Assembly: GCA_044869275.1 (NCBI GenBank)
Contig: JBIOXB010000092.1
Coordinates: forward strand, 1-56,812
From: a bacterium
Lineage (GTDB): Bacteria; Zhuqueibacterota; Zhuqueibacteria; Zhuqueibacterales; Zhuqueibacteraceae
DNA length: 56,812 bases
Direction: 5' to 3'
The translations under genes and the position numbers were made by a program. This document shows positions 18,874 through 29,204 of the stretch, piece by piece; the first letter of the stretch is position 1; each line of letters begins with the position of its first letter. The notes below the pieces were generated by a model that worked only from the letters and a program-made list of their open reading frames with translations, was not told the origin of the DNA and made no database searches.

Positions 18874-19098
18874 ATGGGTAGTCTCAAAGCACGCATTCGC
18901 ATGACGATGGCACTCGGCGTGCTTTCATTGCTTGCGGTTTTCTTCAGCCATCTCGCGCTAACGGACATCGCCCATGGCGAGGGTGAGGTGTCGCTCGAAT
19001 GGAAAATTCTGCGTGTTTCGGCGCTGCTCATCATCATGTTTATCGCCTCGGCACTCGTCACTTTGTGGCAAGTGCTCAAGATCCCCGGTGCCAAATGA
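18874..19098 (+). CDS. small two-TM membrane protein
   Basis: AAAGGA RBS; two hydrophobic helices; ATGA overlap with the next gene. Confidence 0.65.
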   Translation: MGSLKARIRMTMALGVLSLLAVFFSHLALTDIAHGEGEVSLEWKILRVSALLIIMFIASALVTLWQVLKIPGAK

Positions 19099-19583
19099 CA
19101 CACGAAGAGATACTCGGCCGCTTCGTCAACATGCCCGGGCAGTTGGAGGCTGCGCTGGCCGGTCTCCCGGAGGCGGCCCTCGATTGGAGTCGCACGGCGG
19201 AGGCATGGACCATACGGCAAATCGTCCATCACGTGATCGACGCCGATGACATGACCAGCGCGATCATCAAGGCGGCGGTGGGCAAGTCCGGCTGCGTCTA
19301 TGCGCTGGAGTGGTACGACCCCGCCAACATGTGGGCGCAGACGCTGGCTTACGCCCGGCGGCCAATTACACCGGGCCTGGCGCTTTTGCGCGCCAATCAC
19401 TCCCATCTGGAAGAGTTGCTGCGCCATTTGCCGGAGGCATGGGATCGGCACGTGCTCTTGCAGCGATTTGCAGGCTCGGAAGCGAACAAAATCACCGTCG
19501 CCCAGTTGATGCACAGCCAAACGTCCCATGCCTTTCATCATATCGAGCAGATACACATCACGCGGCGAAGGCATGGGCGGTGA
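19095..19583 (+). CDS. DinB family protein
   Basis: WTIRQIVHHVID and HAFHHIEQI motifs. Confidence 0.85.
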   Translation: MTHEEILGRFVNMPGQLEAALAGLPEAALDWSRTAEAWTIRQIVHHVIDADDMTSAIIKAAVGKSGCVYALEWYDPANMWAQTLAYARRPITPGLALLRANHSHLEELLRHLPEAWDRHVLLQRFAGSEANKITVAQLMHSQTSHAFHHIEQIHITRRRHGR

Positions 19584-19634
19584 GATCGGAACGATGCACC
19601 TCAAGAATCAGGCAAAGATACCAATGGCAGAAAA

Positions 19635-22025
19635 GTGAGCTCCTTTGCACAAAAAATTTCTCCCGTCGCCATGGCGATGCTCTTGTGCACTTGCACGTCG
19701 CAAAAGGCAGAATCGGAAAAAAGGATTACGTTTCGGGTGATCGCAAAACCGTCGTCGACGGGCTCTCCGATCCACATCGCCGGTAATCACGCGAAGCTGG
19801 GGAAGTGGGAAGCCGACGCCGTTTGCCTGGAAAAACAATCCGATGGCAGTTGGGCCAGGTCCTTTTCATTCGAGACTGGAACGCATCTTGAATACAAGAT
19901 CACACGAGGCTCGTGGCAAACCGAGGCAGTCAGCGCGGCGGGCATCGAATTGCCCAACGCCATTTTGGACGTGCGCCGAGATACCACCATCACCATTGCC
20001 GTCGCAAATTGGCGGGACATTTTTGAAGGCAGAACCGTGCTCTCGGCAGAGCGCTTGCAGAACAAGGCCGGCAATCTCGAGCTCTTTGAAAACTGGAAAT
20101 ACCATCCCGGCAACGATTCCACGTGGGCGGCGCCGGAATATGATGACCGCGCCTGGGAACACGCCAGTCCTTTGCTGCAGAGGGGAGAGCATCCACCCAG
20201 CGGCTGGTCCGGCATCGGCTGGTTCAGGCTTCATGTGCGCGTCGATTCCACTTTGTGGCATATGCCACTTGCGCTCTACATCATGCAGGCCGGCGCTTCT
20301 GAAGTTTATCTCAATGGCGATCTCCTCTACCGTTTTGGCATCGTCGGCGCTTCCCCACAGGAGGAGCGGGCTTTTCAAGATCGGAACCCCAAGGTCATCA
20401 CGTTTGGCGAACAGGCTGACCAGCTTCTTGCCGTGCGCTATTCCAATTTTTCGGCGGATTATTTCAACCAAGCGGGGCACGCAGCGGGCTTCACCTGCAC
20501 TCTGGGAGACTTGAATTCGTATGTGGACCAAAGAGCGTCCACAATTAGAATCGCCACCATTTATCAATTGCTGTTCACGGCGGCGCCGCTGGCACTGGCG
20601 CTGTTGCATTTTTTGATGTTTTTGTTTTATCCGCGCGCCAAAGAGAATCTCTATTACGCCGTGGCCATGACCGGTCTCGCCGCGCTCACGTTTTGTGATT
20701 TTCAATTGCCATTCGTGACCAACCCCGCGCACTTGGTGTTGCTGAACCGGTTGGAGTTCCCCATCATCGGTGTCGCACTCTTGTTTGGATTGTTGACCGC
20801 CTATGCCCATGTTTACGAGAAAGTCCCGAAGCAAATCATCCCCATCGCCCTCGCGGCCGCGGGCCTGGCACTTTGGGGTTTCCTGCGGTCGGACGAGCTC
20901 GCCGGTTTTGCGCTTTATGCGTTTATCGCTTTCGTTGCGGTGGAATTACTGCGTGTCATTCTATTGCCGAGCCTCAAGAGAAAAGAAGGAGCAGTAATTA
21001 CCGGCATCGGCTTGATCGCCGCGGTGCTTGCTTTTGTTTATCAAATCTTGATCAATTTGCGCGTGTTGCCGCCCATTTTTGAAATGCCCGTGGTATATGT
21101 CTATGGCATTCTCATCCTGGGTATTTCAATGTCCATCAACCTCTCTCGCAATCTTGCCAGGACCAACAAAAATCTCGAGCAGCGGCTCATCGAGGTTCAG
21201 GCGCTTTCCGAGAAGACGTTGCAACAAGAGCGGCGCGCCAAGCAGGAAGAAATTGCCCGGCTCTTGTTGGAGGCCGACAATGCGCGCAAGACCCAAGAGC
21301 TCGAGGCGGCGCATAATCTGCAACTGGCCATGCTGCCGAAGGAAATCCCGGTTCTGCCGCATCTCGATATCGCCGTTTACATGAAGGCAGCCACTGAGGT
21401 CGGCGGCGATTACTACGATTTCGATCTCGCGCGCGATGGGACATTGACCGTTGCGGTTGGCGATGCCACCGATCACGGCGCCAAGGCCGGCACGATGGTC
21501 GCGGTCACCAAAGGCCTTTTTCACGAATTGGCGGGCAATCCGGATCTGCCGCAGATTTTCGAGAAATACACCTGCGCCTTCAAGCGCATGCATCTCGGCC
21601 AACTGTACATGGCCATGACCCTGGCGAAAATCAAAGACCATAAGATGATCACCGCCGCTGCCGGTATGCCACCGACGTTGATTTATCGCGCCGCCACGGG
21701 CGAGGTTGAAGAAGTGGAGCTCAAAGGCATGCCGTTGGGCGGATTCTCAAAATTTCCTTATCAGCAGAGAGAAGTAGACTTGCATGACGGCGACACGATT
21801 GTAATGATGAGCGACGGTTTTCCAGAGAGATTCAACGACCAAGGCGAGATTCTCGATTATCCGCGTGCGAAAGAAATTTTTGCGGAAGTCGGCGATCAAG
21901 CACCGCAAAGAATCGTCGAACACTTCACGCGAGCCAGCGAAGCATGGGCCAAAGGCCAGCCGCAGGAGGATGACGTGACGTTTGTGGTCTTGCAGGTCAA
22001 AGAGGCCGCGGAGTCTTCGACCTAA
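19635..22025 (+). CDS. membrane SpoIIE/PP2C phosphatase with N-terminal CBM20-like and sugar-binding domains
   Basis: IHIAGNHAKLGKW, EYKITRGSW; multiple TMs; EVGGDYYD, GDATDHG, SDG, EDDVT. Confidence 0.88.
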   Translation: MSSFAQKISPVAMAMLLCTCTSQKAESEKRITFRVIAKPSSTGSPIHIAGNHAKLGKWEADAVCLEKQSDGSWARSFSFETGTHLEYKITRGSWQTEAVSAAGIELPNAILDVRRDTTITIAVANWRDIFEGRTVLSAERLQNKAGNLELFENWKYHPGNDSTWAAPEYDDRAWEHASPLLQRGEHPPSGWSGIGWFRLHVRVDSTLWHMPLALYIMQAGASEVYLNGDLLYRFGIVGASPQEERAFQDRNPKVITFGEQADQLLAVRYSNFSADYFNQAGHAAGFTCTLGDLNSYVDQRASTIRIATIYQLLFTAAPLALALLHFLMFLFYPRAKENLYYAVAMTGLAALTFCDFQLPFVTNPAHLVLLNRLEFPIIGVALLFGLLTAYAHVYEKVPKQIIPIALAAAGLALWGFLRSDELAGFALYAFIAFVAVELLRVILLPSLKRKEGAVITGIGLIAAVLAFVYQILINLRVLPPIFEMPVVYVYGILILGISMSINLSRNLARTNKNLEQRLIEVQALSEKTLQQERRAKQEEIARLLLEADNARKTQELEAAHNLQLAMLPKEIPVLPHLDIAVYMKAATEVGGDYYDFDLARDGTLTVAVGDATDHGAKAGTMVAVTKGLFHELAGNPDLPQIFEKYTCAFKRMHLGQLYMAMTLAKIKDHKMITAAAGMPPTLIYRAATGEVEEVELKGMPLGGFSKFPYQQREVDLHDGDTIVMMSDGFPERFNDQGEILDYPRAKEIFAEVGDQAPQRIVEHFTRASEAWAKGQPQEDDVTFVVLQVKEAAESST

Positions 22026-22048
22026 TAATCTCATTCGTGTGTGGAGCA

Positions 22049-23602
22049 ATGCCAACAAAAATCAGCTACAAGCTCATTGCCGCCGTTGGCGGCGTCGCAC
22101 TGGTGATCATCGGCATTTTTGCCTATTTCATACTCGGCGCCCAGCAGCGGCAGCGCATTGCCGAGCTGGAGCGCAATGCCCATCAGCTCAGTGAAACGGT
22201 CAAGAGCAGCACGAAATACGACATGCTTTTGAACCAGCGCGAGTCGGTCCATCGCATCATCAATACCATCGGCGAGCAGGAAGGCATCGAGAAAGTGCGC
22301 ATCTTCAACAAAGAGGGCGCGATCATCTTTTCGACGGATTCGCTCGATGCCGGTAAGATGGTGGACAAGAAAGCCGAGGCGTGCTATGCCTGCCACACGG
22401 CCGATCAGCCCCTGGAAAGACTGCCCATCTCCGAGCGCACACGCATTTTTCACACGGCCTCGGCACCACGCACCTTGGGCATTATCAACCCGATTTACAA
22501 TGAGCCGGGCTGCTGGCAGGCCAGTTGCCATGCGCATAGCAAGGAGCAAAAAGTACTCGGCGTATTGGACGTCACCATGTCTCTCGCGGAGGTGGATCGC
22601 GAGCTGCAAGCCAGCCAGATGCGCATGTTGCTCTTTGCGATCATCGCGGTCGCCTCGGTCAGCGCCATCATTTATCTGCTGGTGAATCGCATCGTGCTCA
22701 AGCCGGTCGGCCAGATCGTGGCCGCCACCAAACACGTGGCGGAGGGGGATTTGAACTACACTATTGCACTTCACAAGCACGACGAGATCGGCGCCTTGGC
22801 GCAATCTTTCAACGCGATGACGCGCCGGCTCGCGGACACGCAGCGGCAGCTCTATCTCTCGGACAAACTGGCTTCCGTAGGCCGATTGGCGGCTGGGGTC
22901 GCGCACGAAATCAACAATCCGCTCACCGGCGTGCTGACCTACAGCAGCTTTCTGCTCAAGCGCGTGGAGGACAAGCCAGAAATCAAAGAAGATCTCGAAG
23001 TGATTGTGCGTGAAACCAAGCGCTGCCGCGAGATCGTCAAAGGCTTGCTCGACTTTGCACGGCAATCCAAGCCGGAAATGCACCTGAGCGACATCAATGA
23101 AACCGTCAGCCGCTCCGTTCGCATTCTGCAAAATCAATTGCTGCGCCATCACATTGAGTTGAAACAAAATCTCGACCCCAAATTGCCGCAGATCAACATC
23201 GATGTGGACCAAATCCAGCAGGTGCTGATCAATTTATTTTTGAACGCCAAGGACGCCATGGCTGAAAAAGGTGGCACGCTAATACTCGACACCTCCTTGA
23301 CGAACTTGAACGGTCATGCCGGTACACCGGCGCAGCACACCTACATTCAAATCCAAGTGCGTGATACGGGCCGCGGCATTCCGGCCGAAGATCTGCCCAA
23401 AATCTTCGAGCCCTTTTTCACCACCAAGGGACAAAACGGCAATGGCCTGGGGTTGGCGGTGGCCTGGGGCATTATTGAAAAACATAACGGCCGCATCACG
23501 GTCGAAAGTGAAATTGGAAAAGGGACGACGTTCAAGGTCTTGTTGCCAGTGGAAGAAAAGTCATGTTTGAAGAATGAAAAAAGTGGAGCGCAAGGAGCAT
23601 AG
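22049..23602 (+). CDS. HAMP sensor histidine kinase with periplasmic heme-c motifs
   Basis: CYACH and CWQASCH between two TMs; AHEINNPL, DTGRGI, FFTTK, GLGL. Confidence 0.93.
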   Translation: MPTKISYKLIAAVGGVALVIIGIFAYFILGAQQRQRIAELERNAHQLSETVKSSTKYDMLLNQRESVHRIINTIGEQEGIEKVRIFNKEGAIIFSTDSLDAGKMVDKKAEACYACHTADQPLERLPISERTRIFHTASAPRTLGIINPIYNEPGCWQASCHAHSKEQKVLGVLDVTMSLAEVDRELQASQMRMLLFAIIAVASVSAIIYLLVNRIVLKPVGQIVAATKHVAEGDLNYTIALHKHDEIGALAQSFNAMTRRLADTQRQLYLSDKLASVGRLAAGVAHEINNPLTGVLTYSSFLLKRVEDKPEIKEDLEVIVRETKRCREIVKGLLDFARQSKPEMHLSDINETVSRSVRILQNQLLRHHIELKQNLDPKLPQINIDVDQIQQVLINLFLNAKDAMAEKGGTLILDTSLTNLNGHAGTPAQHTYIQIQVRDTGRGIPAEDLPKIFEPFFTTKGQNGNGLGLAVAWGIIEKHNGRITVESEIGKGTTFKVLLPVEEKSCLKNEKSGAQGA

Positions 23603-23691
23603 CGCAGGGAGCATAGCGCATAGCGAAGTATGATTCACGCTATGCGCCATGCTCTATGCGCTATGCCCTCCGCGCAAGAAAGGAGACACAA

Positions 23692-24843
23692 ATGGTTGCC
23701 ATTTTAGTTGTGTCGATGATTATCGCTTTTATTATCATCGACGTTGCAGTGCGTATGATTTCTAGAAAGATGCAGGCAGCACAAGCTCGCAAAGAAAGGC
23801 TGGCAGCGCTTGATATCGGTTTGAATCTTGACTTCACGCATGAAGCCAAATCGCTCAAGCGCGTGGACGTCGCCCATCCGCTCGCGCGCATTTTGGCGGT
23901 GGATGATGAGCCCGTGGTGTTGGACAGTTTTCGCAAGATTTTGGTGGTGGCGGGCTATGCCGTCGACACCGTTGAAAGCGGCCGCGAAGCGCTGGGCCTG
24001 GTGCAAAAGAACAAATACGATTTTGTCTTCACCGATTTGAAGATGCCGGAAATGGATGGCCTCGATGTGGTGAAAGGCGTGAAACACTTCAGTCCCGAGA
24101 CCGATGTGGTGATGATCACCGGCTATGCCACCGTCGAGTCCGCAGTGGAGGCGATGAAATTCGGTGCGCTGGATTATGTGCAGAAACCCTTCACGGAAGA
24201 CGAGCTGGTCGGCTTCACCAAGAAGTGTCTCATTCGCCGGCACGATCGCATGGAAAAGCAGATCACGCCCGTCGTGCGCCTGGTCACCACCGAGCGGCCG
24301 CACGAGCATGAGTTCGTGCTGCCCGGCGGCGTGTTTATCTCTCCCGGCCACGTGTGGGCCAACGTCACGGTTCCAGGCTTGGTGCGAGTCGGCGTGGATG
24401 ATTTCGCGCGCAAGATGATCGGCCGCATCGATGCCATCGAATTTCCCGACCGGGGCCGTCAAGTGAAAAAGGGCGAGCCACTGTTTTACATTGTACAAAA
24501 TGGGCGCAAGGCTGCTTTCAAATCGCCGATTACCGGCAAAGTTCATTTGGTCAATGTCGAGCTGGCGCACAACCTTGCCTGGCTGGAGAAGCAGCCTTAC
24601 GACAAAGGCTGGATTTGCTCGCTCAAGCCGCTGCAGCTTGCCGATGAGCTCGAGCAGTTGAAGATCGGTGAGAAGGCCGCGGCTTGGTATCGGCAGGAGA
24701 TCCAGCGGGTGCGCCAGTTGCTCGTGGCGGAGAACGGAAATGGCCATACGCAGGAATTGGCGGAGCTCGGGCAACTGGTCGAAGGCCAGCTCGAAGAGAC
24801 CGACGAGCGGACTTGGACAAGGTTTGCGGAGACTTTTCTGTAG
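23692..24843 (+). CDS. membrane-anchored response regulator fused to a GcvH-like domain
   Basis: N-terminal TM; LAVDDE, TDLKMP, ITGYA, KP; GHVWA..VRVGVDDFA..SPITG..PYDKGWI. Confidence 0.88.
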   Translation: MVAILVVSMIIAFIIIDVAVRMISRKMQAAQARKERLAALDIGLNLDFTHEAKSLKRVDVAHPLARILAVDDEPVVLDSFRKILVVAGYAVDTVESGREALGLVQKNKYDFVFTDLKMPEMDGLDVVKGVKHFSPETDVVMITGYATVESAVEAMKFGALDYVQKPFTEDELVGFTKKCLIRRHDRMEKQITPVVRLVTTERPHEHEFVLPGGVFISPGHVWANVTVPGLVRVGVDDFARKMIGRIDAIEFPDRGRQVKKGEPLFYIVQNGRKAAFKSPITGKVHLVNVELAHNLAWLEKQPYDKGWICSLKPLQLADELEQLKIGEKAAAWYRQEIQRVRQLLVAENGNGHTQELAELGQLVEGQLEETDERTWTRFAETFL

Positions 24844-24946
24844 CGGAGCGTTTGCAGAAAGCAGTCCCGCCAGCAGCTCATGGGAATGATACACTCAAGA
24901 GCGAGGAAGGCGTTTAATCGGCGCTCCTAAAAATCAGAGATGTCAG

Positions 24947-25447
24947 ATGGCTGAGCAAGAACATGAAATGCTGGTATGTGAGCATTGCCAGAATCCGGCA
25001 AACGAGTCGGATGAATTCTGTCCAAATTGCGGGTCTGTATTTGCGGAAGGCATTGTTTGCAACAAACATCCCGGACGCGAGGCGCAAGGAGTATGTATCA
25101 TTTGCAGTATTGCTCTTTGTAAGGCCTGTGGCGGGCGAGTGAACGACCTGTTTTTATGCGCGCAACATAGTCAGTACGAGATCTACGAAGGCATGGCACG
25201 AGTAGCTGGTGGAAGTGATTTTGCGCTGACACAACACGCGTGTAATTGCCTTCAACAAGCAGGATTGCATCCTTTCCTCTACTATCGAAAGGAGACTGCT
25301 TTTGCCGGAGGAGGGCCCGAATGGTCGTTGTTTCGCGCCTCCGGCGAGCACGACGGCCACCTCATCAATGAGTTTAAAGTCATGGTTCCTTGTCAGGAGG
25401 TTATTGCCGCAGAGCGAAAGCTGGAGGAACTGAAACTGATCATATGA
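24947..25447 (+). CDS. zinc-ribbon/B-box-like hypothetical protein
   Basis: CEHC..FCPNCG..CNKHP..CIIC..CKAC. Confidence 0.75.
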   Translation: MAEQEHEMLVCEHCQNPANESDEFCPNCGSVFAEGIVCNKHPGREAQGVCIICSIALCKACGGRVNDLFLCAQHSQYEIYEGMARVAGGSDFALTQHACNCLQQAGLHPFLYYRKETAFAGGGPEWSLFRASGEHDGHLINEFKVMVPCQEVIAAERKLEELKLII

Positions 25448-25462
25448 ACCCGTTGAGGACTC

Positions 25463-25852
25463 ATGAGCAAGGTTGAATTCCTATGGGAGAGACCACGCGT
25501 GGACCAAATCAGAAAACCTCGTCGTTCTGAAAATCTCGCTGGTCAAGCAGCGAAGTTAATCGATCTGGCGGATTATCAAGAAGGCGCTGTGGTGAGCCGA
25601 ACCCTGACGAAGAACAAATCTGGCACGGTGACTTTGTTCGCGTTCGATGAAGGGCAGGGTCTGAGCGAACATACCGCGCCATTTGATGCCCTGGTGCACG
25701 TGCTCGAAGGTGAAGCAAAAATTACCATCTCCGGCAAAGCGCTGCGAGCACAAGCCGGCGAGATCGTGCTCATGCCCGCGCAACAACCGCACGCGCTGCA
25801 GGCGGTGACGAGATTCAAGATGATGCTGATCATGATCCGGGAAGCGGCGTGA
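25463..25852 (+). CDS. cupin domain protein
   Basis: FAFDEGQGLSEHTAP, MPAQQPHAL. Confidence 0.88.
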   Translation: MSKVEFLWERPRVDQIRKPRRSENLAGQAAKLIDLADYQEGAVVSRTLTKNKSGTVTLFAFDEGQGLSEHTAPFDALVHVLEGEAKITISGKALRAQAGEIVLMPAQQPHALQAVTRFKMMLIMIREAA

Positions 25853-25913
25853 GCGGGTGTTGGTCGTCGCTTTATTAGCTTGGTAAGGTAAACTTAAAAC
25901 CGCACCCCTCATG

Positions 25914-25981
25914 TTGTCATGCCGTAGGCATCTTCCCCAAAAGCTGCACAAGAAATAGGGAAGATGCCTACGGCATGACAA
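25914..25981. repeat. perfect 24-bp inverted repeat (REP-like hairpin)
   Basis: TTGTCATGCCGTAGGCATCTTCCC at 25914-25937 and its exact reverse complement at 25958-25981. Confidence 0.9.
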
Positions 25982-25997
25982 ATAAAAGGGATTCATT

Positions 25998-28412
25998 ATG
26001 CAAAAACTTTCTCCCCAACAACTACGCCGGACCTTTGACCCAAAGACGCTAAGCGTCGAGAGCACGGTACCACTCAAGCCGAGCGAGAGCATCATTGGGC
26101 AAAAACGTGCGGTCTCGGCCCTGCAATTCGGTCTGGAGATTCGTGACGGCGGCTTCAACATTTACGTCGCCGGCCCGCCCGGAATCGGCAAGATGACGGC
26201 GGTGCAATCCTTTCTCGAAGAGCTGGCGCAACGCAAAGCAACCCAGCCGGACTGGTGCTACCTCAACAATTTTGAGGACTCCTATCAGCCCAAAATGTGT
26301 CGGCTGCCGGCCGGGAAAGGGCGCGAGCTGCAACATGATATGAAAAGCTTGATCGAGCAGGTGCGGCGCGAGATTCCCAAAGCCTTCGAAAGCGAAGAGT
26401 ACGGCAACCGCCGCGACGCGATCGTCAAAACCGTCGACAAGCAGCGCGCGCAAGTGTTGGAAAAGCTCAACGCGCAAACCGCCAAAGCCGGTTTTATGTT
26501 GCAGACCACGCCTTTCGGCATTGCGACGATTCCCATGTTGAAGGGGCAACCCTTGAACGAGGCCGATTACCAGGCTATGCCGGCACAAGACCGCGCCGAT
26601 TTTCAGCGCCGGCATGAGACGTTGAAAGACGATCTCGAGGCCGCCATGAAACAGATCCGTGAGCTGGAGCGCGCCGCACAGAAACAGTTACATGCGCTGG
26701 ATCAACAAGTCGCGTTGTATATCGTGGGCGGCCTCATCGAAGAGCTGAAGGATAAATACCGCGATTTGGCGGCGGTCATCGAGCATCTGCACGCGGTGCA
26801 AAAAGACATTCTGGGAAACATTGAAACCTTCAAATCCAACACGGCGCCGAATCCCGCACCGGAGGGGAATGCGGCGGTCACGCCGTGGCTGCGTGAGCTC
26901 CCGTTTCGGAAATATCTGGTCAATGTGCTGGTGGATAACAGCGAACAAAAAGGCGCGCCCGTGATCGTGGAGCTCAATCCGAGCTACAACAATCTTTTCG
27001 GCCGCGTCGAGAAAGAAGTGCAATTCGGCGCGCTCTACACCGACTTCACCATGATCAAGCCCGGCTCCTTTCATCGCGCCAATGGCGGCTATCTCGTCAT
27101 GCCGGTAGAGGATGTTCTGCGCAATTTGCTCAGTTGGGACGGGGTGAAGCGTGCCTTGCGCAGCGGCGAGATCGAAATCGAAGAAATCGGCGAGCGCCTG
27201 GGGTATCTCGCCACCAAAAGCCTGCGCCCGCAGCCGATTCCGGTCAACATTAAGGTCATGCTGGTGGGGCGCCCGCTGCTCTACTATCTCTTGCATGCTT
27301 ATGATGAAGAGTTCCCCGAGCTTTTCAAAGTGAAGGCGGATTTCGATACACGCATGGACTGCAGCGCAGAGAACGTTCGCGATTTCCTGGCATTCTTGCC
27401 CACGTTTTGCAACAAGGAAAAGCTGAAGCATCTGGATGCCACGGCGGTGGCGAAATTGCTGGAGCACAGTGCGCGCCTGGCGGAAGATCAGGAGAAGCTG
27501 TCCGCGCATTTTGGCACGTTGGCTGACATCATCCGCGAAGCCAACTTTTGGACGATGCAAGCGGGCGCGGAGCGGACCGGTGCCCCCCACGTTCAGAAAG
27601 CGCTGGACGCCCGCATCTATCGCTCCAATCTCATGGAAGAGCGCCTGCAGGAAATGATCGCGCGCGGCATATTGTTGATCGACACCGCCGGGCAAATCAC
27701 CGGACAGGTAAACGGGCTTGCGGTGATCAGCTTGGGCGAATACTTCTTTGGCAAGCCCAGCCGCATCACCGCCAGTGTCTGGCCCGGACGCGAGGGCGTG
27801 GTCGACATCGAGCGTGAGGTGGAATTGGGCGGGCCGATTCACAGCAAGGGCGTACTGATACTGAACGGCTATCTCGCACGGCAGTTCGCGCAGGACAAAC
27901 CGCTCACGCTCTCGGCGCGATTGGTCTTCGAGCAAAGCTATGAAGGTGTCGAAGGCGACAGCGCCTCCTCCACCGAGCTCTATGCGTTGCTATCGGCGTT
28001 GTCGGGACTGCCGATCAAACAGGGCATTGCCGTCACCGGCTCGGTGAATCAGCGCGGCGAAGTGCAGGCGATTGGCGGTGCCAACGAAAAAATCGAGGGC
28101 TTTTTTGAGGTGTGCAAAGCCAAAGGCCTGACCGGCGAGCAGGGCGTGATCATTCCGCACAGCAACGTTGCTCATCTCATGCTGCGGGAAGAGGTGGTCG
28201 AAGCCGTGGCCGCAGGACAATTCTCCATCTGGTCGGTGGCATCCATTGACGAAGGCCTCGAAATTCTAACCGGTGTGCCGGCCGGCGTGCGCGACGCGCA
28301 GGGAACATTTCCGGAAGGCACAGTGAACTATCGTGTGGAGAACCGGCTGCGCGAGTTTGGCGAGCGGTTGAAAGAATTCGGCAAAGAGAAGAAGAACGCC
28401 GGGGAGTTCTGA
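25998..28412 (+). CDS. Lon-like AAA protease (LonB/LonC-type)
   Basis: GPPGIGKMT, coiled-coil insertion, HRANGG, GQVNGL, EGDSAS, NEKIEGFF. Confidence 0.92.
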   Translation: MQKLSPQQLRRTFDPKTLSVESTVPLKPSESIIGQKRAVSALQFGLEIRDGGFNIYVAGPPGIGKMTAVQSFLEELAQRKATQPDWCYLNNFEDSYQPKMCRLPAGKGRELQHDMKSLIEQVRREIPKAFESEEYGNRRDAIVKTVDKQRAQVLEKLNAQTAKAGFMLQTTPFGIATIPMLKGQPLNEADYQAMPAQDRADFQRRHETLKDDLEAAMKQIRELERAAQKQLHALDQQVALYIVGGLIEELKDKYRDLAAVIEHLHAVQKDILGNIETFKSNTAPNPAPEGNAAVTPWLRELPFRKYLVNVLVDNSEQKGAPVIVELNPSYNNLFGRVEKEVQFGALYTDFTMIKPGSFHRANGGYLVMPVEDVLRNLLSWDGVKRALRSGEIEIEEIGERLGYLATKSLRPQPIPVNIKVMLVGRPLLYYLLHAYDEEFPELFKVKADFDTRMDCSAENVRDFLAFLPTFCNKEKLKHLDATAVAKLLEHSARLAEDQEKLSAHFGTLADIIREANFWTMQAGAERTGAPHVQKALDARIYRSNLMEERLQEMIARGILLIDTAGQITGQVNGLAVISLGEYFFGKPSRITASVWPGREGVVDIEREVELGGPIHSKGVLILNGYLARQFAQDKPLTLSARLVFEQSYEGVEGDSASSTELYALLSALSGLPIKQGIAVTGSVNQRGEVQAIGGANEKIEGFFEVCKAKGLTGEQGVIIPHSNVAHLMLREEVVEAVAAGQFSIWSVASIDEGLEILTGVPAGVRDAQGTFPEGTVNYRVENRLREFGERLKEFGKEKKNAGEF

Positions 28413-28736
28413 GTCTCTCATCCCCGGACATGATGCCGTATCCGTGTATTTTGCCGGTTGATTATTTCTGATGACTTGAACAGGCTTTTTGAATCCGCAT
28501 ATCCGTTCAATCCGCTTATCAGAAAGGGACTGGCAATGGCAGCGGCAAGGACTTGAAGTGAAATTGCATCGGGTTCATCTCGCTTCATGAATTCTCAATT
28601 AGCCTGGCAATGGCAAGAAGTCTATGAAAAAGCGGGAAGTGGAAATGAATGATGATTTGCGATTGACGATTTTCGATTTCAGATGTTGCCAATTCTTCTT
28701 CAATCGTAAATCGTGAATCAACGAGAGGAGCGTAGC

Positions 28737-29204
28737 ATGCCTATAACTCCGATTATCGTCAACGGCAAAAAGCATACGATTGACGCGAGCGCCGATACTT
28801 CACTCTTGTGGGTGCTGCGCGACACTTTAAAGTTGACCGGCACGAAATACGGCTGCGGCCGCGGACTTTGTGGCGCATGCACGGTTCATCTCGAGGGCGA
28901 GGCTGTGCGTTCGTGTGTCACTTTGGTTGCCGAAGCGAATGGAAGGAAGATTGTCACCATCGAAGGTCTCGCGACACAGCCACAGCATCCGCTGCTGCGG
29001 GCGTGGATTGCCGAGGAAGTGCCGCAATGTGGTTATTGCCAACCCGGACAAATCATGCAAGCCGCCGCCTTGCTGGCGCAAAAACCGCATCCCACCGACG
29101 CCGATTTGGACGCGGTGATGTCAATCGTCCTCTGCCGCTGTGGCACTTACCTGCGCATCCGGCGCGCGATTCATCGCGCTGCGCAAGAAGGAGGCGTGCG
29201 ATGA
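28737..29204 (+). CDS. (2Fe-2S)-binding subunit, isoquinoline oxidoreductase alpha-like
   Basis: [29 protein letters not shown]. Confidence 0.93.
   Translation: MPITPIIVNGKKHTIDASADTSLLWVLRDTLKLTGTKYGCGRGLCGACTVHLEGEAVRSCVTLVAEANGRKIVTIEGLATQPQHPLLRAWIAEEVPQCGYCQPGQIMQAAALLAQKPHPTDADLDAVMSIVLCRCGTYLRIRRAIHRAAQEGGVR

Noticed and set aside
28808..29200. N-terminal extensions in the ORF track (28808 for IorB, 34101 for ptb, 9649, 18999, 50294)
   Set aside because: They overlap upstream genes in another frame; better-placed internal ATGs exist.
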